From positions 3,077,953-3,141,952 of the forward strand of contig CBDFLE010000006.1 in assembly GCA_965248925.1 (NCBI GenBank): DNA of 64,000 nucleotides, given 5' to 3'. A model generated the notes under the pieces. It did no database searches, was not told where the DNA came from, and saw nothing but the letters and a program-made list of their open reading frames with translations. Source of the stretch: Candidatus Multivoradales bacterium (GTDB taxonomy: Bacteria > Acidobacteriota > Thermoanaerobaculia > Multivoradales > J023). Within the stretch, counting starts at the first letter, position 1, and the number at the start of each line of letters is the position of its first letter. The position numbers were made by a program, and so were the translations under genes. Below, piece by piece: positions 57,067-64,000 of this stretch.

Positions 57067-57277
57067 TGAGCTAGACGAGTTGAGGTCGGAGTACGACTTT
57101 GCGTGGATGAGTGGCGGGGTGAAGGGTAAGTACGCTGAGGAATATCGGCGTGGTACCAACCTTGCGCGTCTGGATCCTGATGTCGCTAGAGCGTTCACCA
57201 TGGACGAATCCGTGAACGAGGCCCTTAGGGCTCAACTTAGGATCGGCGGGAGAATAGTTCCCGAAAGCCTGTCCTAG
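57053..57277 (+). CDS. brnA: Putative BrnA-like antitoxin
   Basis: 74 aa, overlapping the brnT 3' end by 14 nt. EYDFAWMSGGVKGKYAEEYRRGTNLARLDPDVARAF..ESVNEALRAQL matches the small partner commonly found downstream of BrnT (from memory). Confidence 0.5.
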   Translation: MKKANELDELRSEYDFAWMSGGVKGKYAEEYRRGTNLARLDPDVARAFTMDESVNEALRAQLRIGGRIVPESLS

Positions 57278-57336
57278 GCAACCGCCAAGGGAGTGAGCCA
57301 CGCCCAGATTCGCGGACTGCTGATCGGGCCGAGTCA

Positions 57337-59286
57337 GTGTCCGCCATGAACCCTCCCATTCCAGAACGTCGCTGGCTGGCTGCCATCTTGCTGCTGGGGC
57401 TGCTGCTGCGCCTGGCCTATTTGCTGGAGGTGGCGCAGGCGCCGGACTTCGATCTGCCGCGGTTCGAGGCGCAGTACCACGACTATTGGGCGCGAGCTCT
57501 GGTCAGTGGCGATTGGTCGGTTCCGGAAGGGGTGACGGATCCGGAGATTCGCCAGCGGCCCTACTTTCGACCGCCGGGCTATCCCTTCTTTTTGGCGGCG
57601 GTCTACCGGGTCTTTGGCGCTAGCTATTGGGCGCCGCGGTGGGTGCAGATGGTCTTGGGGTTGGCCAGCTGTTGGCTGGTCTGGCTGCTGGCGCGGCGTC
57701 CTTTTGGTGCCGCAGCGGGGCTGGCGGCGGCGGCGATCTTGGCCAGCCATTGGGTGTTGCTGTTCTTCGAAGCCGAGTTGATGGCACCGGTGCTGATCGT
57801 CTTTCTCCTACTGGCAATCCTGGCGCTGGCGTCGCGCTGGGTCACCCGGCTCACTCTGGGTGGGGCGACGGCTACCGGGGCGTTGGTGGGCTGTTTGGCT
57901 TTGGTGCGGCCCAATGCCTTGCTGTTGCCGGTGGTGTTGCTGGCTTGGATGGTCTGGCTGGCGCGGCGCCGGCAGCAGTCATGGTGGCGCCCGGCGCTGG
58001 TGTTCTCTGTGGCCGTAGCCCTGCTCTTGCTGCCGGCGGCTTGGCGCAATTGGCGGGTGGCGGGGGATCGGGTGCTGGTGACTTCCAACGCCGGCATCAA
58101 CCTGTTTGTCGGTAACCACCCGGATAGCGATGGCTACACCCCCAATGTCGCGGAGTTGGTGCAGATCACCGGTTTGGAGAGCTGGGAGTCGTTCGATCAT
58201 CCGCGGCTGGCGCGCGCGGTGGAGGCTGCCGCGGGCCATTCGCTGAGTGATTCCGAAGTCTCCACCTTCTTCGTCCGCCGGCTGGGTCAGCGGCTGCGGC
58301 AGGACGCTTCCCACCTACCGCGATTGTGGTTGCGCAAGCTGGCACTGTTTTGGGGACCGGCAGAGGTGTCGAACAACAAAGTGCTCGAGGTCGAGCGCCG
58401 TTACTCGCGGGTACTGCGCTCGACTCCGGGTTTCGCCCTCCTGTTGAGCCTGGCGGTCTTGGGGCTGGCGGTGAGCTGGCGACGGCGACCTGAAGCCGGC
58501 GCGGCGCAGGCTGAAACGCGGGCGGTAACGCTATTGCTGCTCAGCACCGTGGCGGTGCTTTGCGCCAGCTATTTGCCGTTCTTTGTCGCTGCGCGTTTTC
58601 GCTTGGTGGTGGTGCCGGTGTTGGCGGTTTTCGCTGGCTGCGGGCTGGCTTGGATGGGGCGGCAGCTGTTGTCTTGGCAGCCGCGCAAATTGCTTCCCGC
58701 CGGATTGGCATTGGCCGGCTTGTACTGGCTCGCCGCAACTCCCTGGGTGCCCTATTCGCCGGACGAAGGCCGTTGGCATTTCCGGCGAGCCTTGTTGTAT
58801 AGCAGTCGGGGAGAGCTGGTGGATGCCCTGAGCGAGGCCGAGCAGGCGGTCGGGGCAGATCCGCGGGCGGCTGAAGCGCAGCTATTGCAGGCCGAGCTGC
58901 TGGTCGGAAGCGAGCGGCTCGATGAGGCGGGCCAGGCGTATTCACGGCTGTTAGAGCTGCGCCCTGAATCGGTCGATGCACGGGCCGGCCTGGCTACCGT
59001 GCTGGCCCGGCAAGGTGATTTGGCGGCGGCGATCGATCATTGGCGGGCGGTGCTGCAAGTGCAGCCAAATCGCTTGCCGGTACTCAACAATCTGGCCTTG
59101 ACCCTGGCCACGACCGACGATCCCGCTTTGCGCGACCCGGCGCGGGCGGTGCTGTTGGCTGAACGCGCCAACCGCCTCAGTGGAGGAGGTCATCTGGCGC
59201 TGCGGCGCACCTTGGAACTGGCCTACCGCGCCGCAGGACGGGATGACGAGGCGGCGGCGGTGGCCATCTTGCCGCCTGGCGAGTAG
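57337..59286 (+). CDS. Polytopic glycosyltransferase (GT39/ArnT-PMT-like) with a C-terminal TPR domain
   Basis: About 10 or more hydrophobic segments in the first ~430 aa. The C-terminus carries TPR repeats (AEAQLLQAELLVGSERLDEAGQAYSRLLELRPESVDARAGLATVLARQGDLAAAIDHWRAVLQVQPN). Family assignment rests on architecture. Confidence 0.6.
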   Translation: MSAMNPPIPERRWLAAILLLGLLLRLAYLLEVAQAPDFDLPRFEAQYHDYWARALVSGDWSVPEGVTDPEIRQRPYFRPPGYPFFLAAVYRVFGASYWAPRWVQMVLGLASCWLVWLLARRPFGAAAGLAAAAILASHWVLLFFEAELMAPVLIVFLLLAILALASRWVTRLTLGGATATGALVGCLALVRPNALLLPVVLLAWMVWLARRRQQSWWRPALVFSVAVALLLLPAAWRNWRVAGDRVLVTSNAGINLFVGNHPDSDGYTPNVAELVQITGLESWESFDHPRLARAVEAAAGHSLSDSEVSTFFVRRLGQRLRQDASHLPRLWLRKLALFWGPAEVSNNKVLEVERRYSRVLRSTPGFALLLSLAVLGLAVSWRRRPEAGAAQAETRAVTLLLLSTVAVLCASYLPFFVAARFRLVVVPVLAVFAGCGLAWMGRQLLSWQPRKLLPAGLALAGLYWLAATPWVPYSPDEGRWHFRRALLYSSRGELVDALSEAEQAVGADPRAAEAQLLQAELLVGSERLDEAGQAYSRLLELRPESVDARAGLATVLARQGDLAAAIDHWRAVLQVQPNRLPVLNNLALTLATTDDPALRDPARAVLLAERANRLSGGGHLALRRTLELAYRAAGRDDEAAAVAILPPGE

Positions 59287-59416
59287 CGGCGCCTGTGTTA
59301 AAGTTCGCAGCTCTTGAGGCGACGTTTCCTTTCTGATCAACAAGGCCAGCGACGGCACTTGCAACGAATCAACACGCTACGCATTTTCACGCGCCGTCAC
59401 GGCGGCCGATTCGGGA

Positions 59417-61582
59417 GTGGGCACCGTGCCAACCAATACCGCGCCAATCACAGCTGAGCAGGATCAGGAGCGCACTTTGCGCCCACCGCGGGCCAAAGTC
59501 GAGGTCAAAGCTACCGAGATTCACGGTGATCGCTTGAGTGACGACTACTTCTGGCTGCGCCAACGAAACGATGCCGAGGTACTGGCATACCTGCAAGCGG
59601 AGAACGCCTACACCGAGCAGATGACGGGCCACACCGAGGAGCTACGCCAGAGGCTCTACGTGGAACTGGTGGGCCGGATCGAGGAAACCGACCTGTCGGT
59701 GCCCTGGTGCAAGGGCGATTACTTCTACTATTCGCGCACCGAGGAAGGCCGGCAGTATCCCATCCACTGCCGCAAGCGGGGTGGGCTGGAGGCCGACGAA
59801 GAGATCATCCTCGATGTCAATCAGTTGGCCGAAGGGCACGAGTTCTTTCGCGTCGGCAGCGTCGCGGTCAGTCCTGATCACCGCTTGTTGGCTTATGCGA
59901 CAGACACCAAGGGTACCGAGCACTTCACCCTGGTGGTCAAGCGGTTGGCCGATGGCAAGCTGCTGTCTGATCGGGTGGAGAATGTCTATTACTCGCTCGA
60001 ATGGGGCAACGACAACCGCACCCTCTTCTACACCACTCTCGATCACGCTCGCCGGCCTTATAAGGTGTTTCGTCATGTTCTCGGCACCGCGGCGACGGCG
60101 GATGTCGAGCTTTTCCACGAAGCCGATGCCGCTTTCACCGTCGGTTTGGGTAAGGCACGCAGCGACAAATATCTGCTGCTGGCCGCCGGCAGCTCGACCA
60201 CCAGCGAATACCACATCCTTGATGCTGATCAGCCGATGGGCGACTTCGAGGTCTTCCAGCCGCGTCGCCACGAGGTTCGCTACAGCCTGGAACACCATGT
60301 CGGGGTGGCTGGCGAGAGCGAGGGCTTCTACGTCCGCACCAACGACGGGGCGAAGAACTTCCGCCTCCTATGGGCGCCGGTCGGGAGCCGTGATCGAGCG
60401 AGCTGGAGCGAAGTGATCGCCCACCGCGAGCACGTCAAGTTGGAGGCGGTGAGCGCTTTTCGCCAGTATCTGGTGCTCACCGAGCGCCATGCCGGGTTGC
60501 GCCGGCTGCGGGTTCGCCACCTGGCTAGTGGTGAGGATCATCAGATCGAGCTGCCCGAAAGCGTCTCGACGGTGTGGCCGAGCTTCAATCCGGAGTTCGA
60601 TACCGATCAGCTGCGTTTCACCTACATGTCGATGGTGACGCCGCGTTCGGTCTACGACTACGACCTAGGCCAGCGCAGCCGGCGGTTGCTCAAGCGTCAG
60701 CAAGTGCCGAGCGGCTACGATTCTTCGCTTTACACCACTGAACGGATCTACGCTCGGGCCGAGGACGGTTTGGCGGTGCCGATCAGCTTGGTTTATCGCC
60801 GCGACCTGGTGCGCAATGGCTCCCATCCGGCTTTGCTCTACGGCTACGGCTCCTATGGTTCAGGTATCGATCCCTACTTTTCGTCCAATCGGCTCAGCCT
60901 GTTGGATCGCGGTTGGGTGTATGCCGTCGCCCATGTGCGCGGCGGTGGCGTGTTGGGAGAACGTTGGCACGATGACGGCAAAATGCTCAACAAGCGCAAC
61001 ACCTTCAGCGACTTCATCGCCGCCGCCGAGTTGCTGCTCGACCAGCGCTACACTTCGACTGACCGCTTGGCGATCCAGGGGGGTAGCGCCGGCGGCTTGT
61101 TGATGGGCGCGGTGGTCAACATGCGTCCTGACCTGTTCGCGGCGGTGATCGCCGACGTCCCCTTCGTCGACGTGATCAACACCATGCTCGACTCCGACAT
61201 CCCGCTCACCGTCGGTGAGTTCGAAGAGTGGGGCAACCCGGCCGAGAGTGTCGAGCACTATCGCTACATGAAGTCCTATTCGCCCTACGACAACGTTGTT
61301 CCCCAGGACTACCCGCCGATGCTGATCACCGCCGGGTTGAACGATTCACGGGTGCAGTATTGGGAACCCGCCAAGTGGACCGCCAAGCTTCGGGCCACCA
61401 AGACCGACGTCAATCTCCTGCTGCTGAAAACCAACATGGGCGCCGGCCACAGCGGCGCCTCGGGACGCTACGATTCCCTGCGCGAGATAGCCTTCGACTA
61501 CGCCTTCCTGGTCGACACCATCGATCAGAGCATGGCTAGTAGCGATTGCGTTGACGCTGAAGCATCCACCGCCGAGTCCTGA
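59417..61582 (+). CDS. ptrB: Oligopeptidase B (S9A prolyl oligopeptidase family)
   Basis: DDYFWLRQRNDAEVLAYLQAENAYT N-terminus. Nucleophile elbow GGSAGGLLMG. ND.RV and GAGHSG catalytic contexts. The start may be GTG 59426 rather than 59417. Confidence 0.9.
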   Translation: MGTVPTNTAPITAEQDQERTLRPPRAKVEVKATEIHGDRLSDDYFWLRQRNDAEVLAYLQAENAYTEQMTGHTEELRQRLYVELVGRIEETDLSVPWCKGDYFYYSRTEEGRQYPIHCRKRGGLEADEEIILDVNQLAEGHEFFRVGSVAVSPDHRLLAYATDTKGTEHFTLVVKRLADGKLLSDRVENVYYSLEWGNDNRTLFYTTLDHARRPYKVFRHVLGTAATADVELFHEADAAFTVGLGKARSDKYLLLAAGSSTTSEYHILDADQPMGDFEVFQPRRHEVRYSLEHHVGVAGESEGFYVRTNDGAKNFRLLWAPVGSRDRASWSEVIAHREHVKLEAVSAFRQYLVLTERHAGLRRLRVRHLASGEDHQIELPESVSTVWPSFNPEFDTDQLRFTYMSMVTPRSVYDYDLGQRSRRLLKRQQVPSGYDSSLYTTERIYARAEDGLAVPISLVYRRDLVRNGSHPALLYGYGSYGSGIDPYFSSNRLSLLDRGWVYAVAHVRGGGVLGERWHDDGKMLNKRNTFSDFIAAAELLLDQRYTSTDRLAIQGGSAGGLLMGAVVNMRPDLFAAVIADVPFVDVINTMLDSDIPLTVGEFEEWGNPAESVEHYRYMKSYSPYDNVVPQDYPPMLITAGLNDSRVQYWEPAKWTAKLRATKTDVNLLLLKTNMGAGHSGASGRYDSLREIAFDYAFLVDTIDQSMASSDCVDAEASTAES

Positions 61583-61618
61583 GAACGGGCGGGGATAGGG
61601 GTTCGGAGAGCTTGCCAC

Positions 61619-63610
61619 TCAGGGTCTCATCACCACCGCTTCGCGGTGTTCGTAGCGCTGCAAATTGATCGACAGCTTTCTGGCGGTGCTCTGATCGCCG
61701 GCTCGTACTGCGTTCATCGCCAGGGAGCGCTGCCACTTGATGGCGGCTTCGAATTGGCCGGCGGCGGCCAGGGCCATGGCGACGGTTTCGGCGTGGTCGA
61801 GGTTGTTTTGCAGGGCGAAGGCGCGCTGGGCTCGGGGCAGGGCGGCGGCGCCGTCGCGGACCGCCGGGTCTGAAGCGGTGGCTTGCAATCTGGCCAGAGT
61901 ATGAAGCAGCTGCGAATCGTCGGGATGCTCTGCAGTGGCGGCCAGCAAGCGGTCGCGAGCGGTTTGTTGCTCGCCTTCAAGAATCCACAGGGAGGCCTCG
62001 GACAGCCAGGCGGTGGCGTTGCTCGGATCGAGTTCTACCGCCTTGGCGAAGAGCCGCAGGGCCTCACGGTTTTGCTCCGCGAGTTGTAGGGCGTTGGCCA
62101 GCTGGGTGTGGGCGAAGGACGATTCGGGGGCCAGTTCGGCGGCGCTGCGGTAGTGGCCCAAGGCTTCGTCGCGGCGGCCGATCTGCCAGGCCAGCTTGGC
62201 CAGGGCGTCGAGATTCTGGGAGCGTTCCAAGGCGCTCAAGCCGGCCGTTGGCGCCTGCAACAGAATGGTGTAGGCGCGACGGCGGCGGCCGGTTTCGGAC
62301 AACACGGTCACCAGACCCTGGCGGGCGGTGCGGTTGCTCGGATCTTCGGCCAGCAGGGCTAGGAGTTCAAGGTTGGCACGGTCGCTGTTGCCGGTTCTAA
62401 AACGCGCCATCGCTGCCAAATAGCGGGCTCGCGGTTCTTCGGGATCTAGTTCCAGAGCTCGTTCGAGGGCTTCGAGCGCCTCTGGCCAGCGTTCTAGCGA
62501 GGCCAAGGTGTTGGCCAAGTTGAAGTGGGCTTGCAGCATTTCCGGGGCCTGCTCGGCGGCGCTGCTGAAAGCGGCCACGGCGAGTTCGGGCTGCTTGTTC
62601 TGCAGCTGGGCGTTGCCGAGGTCGAGGTGCAGCCAGGCGTTGTCGGGATGTCGTTCCACCGCCTCGCGCAGTTCACTGACGGCTTCTCCGGCGCGGTTGG
62701 CGCGGAGCAGAGCCAAGGCCAGGTTGCGCCGGCTTTCGCTGTAGTCGGGATTGGCGCTGACCGCGGCATGGAAGGTTTCGATGGCTTCCTCCAGTCGACC
62801 CGCTATCAGCGCCCGGTTGCCACGTCGCATCAATGCACCGGAGCTTCTGGCAAGTTTTTCGAGCCGCTGGCGCAGCGGGTCGGGAAAGGCGACTTCGCCG
62901 CCCGAGGGCTGGGCGAGCAACGCTGCCGCGTCTTCGATGCGACCGAGCTGGCGATAGGCCAAGGCCAGAGGATGGCGCACCGCGATGGCATCGGGATCGC
63001 TGGCGAGAGCACTTTCGAAGTGAGTGACGGCGATTTCCGGATCGCCTTGCTCGGCCAGGACTCTGCCAAGACCGTAGGCTGCTGCCGCGGCGTGTTCCAC
63101 TTGTTTGGCCAAGGATGCAAAGGAGGCTTCGGCATCCTCTAACTGACCGAGGCCGAGCTGCGAGTTGGCCAGGCGCAGGCGCGCCGCCGGGTTCTCAGGC
63201 CGCAGTTCGAGCGCGCGGTGCAGGTGCTCGCTGGCGGCGGCTAGATTCCCTCTAGACTGTTCCAACAAGCCTTGAAAGTAGGGCCAGCGAAAGCTCTCCG
63301 GGTCGAGCTGTTCGGCGTTGCCGTAGCAGCCAGCGGCGGCGTCGAGTAACTCGTAGGTATGGTACAGCTCGCCCAAGCCGCCGAAGGCGTCGGCGAGGGC
63401 GCGGTCATCGCTTCTGCCGCGGGCTTTTTCGAGCTGCTGACGCTGCGCCTCCAGCTGTTGGCGGGCGACGGCTTCGACGGCGCCCAGGTCGGGATGGTTG
63501 ACTTGGCCGAGGTTCGGGCGCTCGGGCGTGCCGCCGCAAGCCGCCAGCAAGCAGCAGCCAAGCACCAGAGCGATTGAGATTCGGGCTGAGATTCGATCCG
63601 CTCGAGTCAT
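61619..63610 (-). CDS. TPR-repeat lipoprotein
   Basis: ATG 63610 gives MTRADRISARISIALVLGCCLLAACGG (lipobox). About 15 TPR units follow. Confidence 0.8.
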   Translation of the reverse strand: MTRADRISARISIALVLGCCLLAACGGTPERPNLGQVNHPDLGAVEAVARQQLEAQRQQLEKARGRSDDRALADAFGGLGELYHTYELLDAAAGCYGNAEQLDPESFRWPYFQGLLEQSRGNLAAASEHLHRALELRPENPAARLRLANSQLGLGQLEDAEASFASLAKQVEHAAAAAYGLGRVLAEQGDPEIAVTHFESALASDPDAIAVRHPLALAYRQLGRIEDAAALLAQPSGGEVAFPDPLRQRLEKLARSSGALMRRGNRALIAGRLEEAIETFHAAVSANPDYSESRRNLALALLRANRAGEAVSELREAVERHPDNAWLHLDLGNAQLQNKQPELAVAAFSSAAEQAPEMLQAHFNLANTLASLERWPEALEALERALELDPEEPRARYLAAMARFRTGNSDRANLELLALLAEDPSNRTARQGLVTVLSETGRRRRAYTILLQAPTAGLSALERSQNLDALAKLAWQIGRRDEALGHYRSAAELAPESSFAHTQLANALQLAEQNREALRLFAKAVELDPSNATAWLSEASLWILEGEQQTARDRLLAATAEHPDDSQLLHTLARLQATASDPAVRDGAAALPRAQRAFALQNNLDHAETVAMALAAAGQFEAAIKWQRSLAMNAVRAGDQSTARKLSINLQRYEHREAVVMRP

Positions 63611-64000
63611 TGTTCTACCTCGGAGCCTTGGCCTTGGCGCAACAGGTAGTAGGCGCCTGGGGACAGCCGGGCAAAGGTCTCGCGTTGGCCGCCGGTCCAT
63701 TCCACCGTCACCGTCACCGGGGCGGTGGAGCCGCCGAGGCCAAAGAGCAGCCGCGGATCGCTCGACGAGGCGTAACTGCTCTGGCTGCCGGCCCGGCGCC
63801 AGAGCACCAAACCATCGGTCCGCTCGAGCCTGGCGCGAGCACCCAGCGCGTCGCGCTTAGCGCTGCGCAAGCGCACACCTAGCCAGCTCGCATCCTGGCC
63901 TACTCGGTTGCGCAGCAGCCGCACCGGGCCGCTGTTCTGGGTGACCACCACGTCGGTGTCGCCGTCGTTGTCGAGATCGCCGAAGGCGGCGCCACGGCTG
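63607..64000 (-). CDS. CRTAC1/ASPIC-UnbV family protein, C-terminal fragment (5' end outside window)
   Basis: FGDLDNDGDTDVVVTQNSGPVRLLRN (FG-GAP/VCBS) followed by an UnbV_ASPIC-like tail ...QSSYASSSDPRLLFGLG. The stop overlaps the TPR lipoprotein ATG (ATGA). Confidence 0.7.
   Translation of the reverse strand, partial: SRGAAFGDLDNDGDTDVVVTQNSGPVRLLRNRVGQDASWLGVRLRSAKRDALGARARLERTDGLVLWRRAGSQSSYASSSDPRLLFGLGGSTAPVTVTVEWTGGQRETFARLSPGAYYLLRQGQGSEVEQ

Overview
High-GC bacterial chromosomal segment, roughly two-thirds G+C by eye (not computed). Gene content (PF07638-type ECF sigma coupled to a Ser/Thr kinase, CRTAC1/TPR pair, many TPR proteins) suggests an Acidobacteriota-like or similar environmental lineage; this is inference only. 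About 59 protein genes are supportable. I saw no rRNA, tRNA, CRISPR array, transposase or integrase. Housekeeping blocks: the end of the dcw cluster (murC'-ftsQ-ftsA-ftsZ), a fused E1 alpha/beta dehydrogenase, an ECF sigma/anti-sigma/PDZ operon with a canonical GGAAC-N16-CGTT promoter, ABC-F, PBP1, an FHA-GAF-PP2C phosphatase, uvrA and oligopeptidase B. There is also a complete form-II cox-type molybdoenzyme cluster (coxS-L-M-D-E, xdhC-like, mocA-like). Accessory content is concentrated in short, lower-GC interruptions. These hold six toxin-antitoxin loci, two of which carry early nonsense codons in the toxin (vapC TGA, brnT TAG). They also hold a Panacea/DUF4065-type antitoxin candidate with an unclassifiable partner. 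A ~1.3-kb AT-rich islet encodes an RHH-like protein plus a small membrane protein behind a 10-bp inverted repeat. Other candidates for follow-up: a GntR-SPFH-unknown operon behind a perfect 24-bp palindrome, a 1027-aa secreted P460-like plus multihaem cytochrome, and a secreted double lamin-tail-domain endonuclease I. All functional calls come from motif recognition by eye in the supplied translations. No database search was run.
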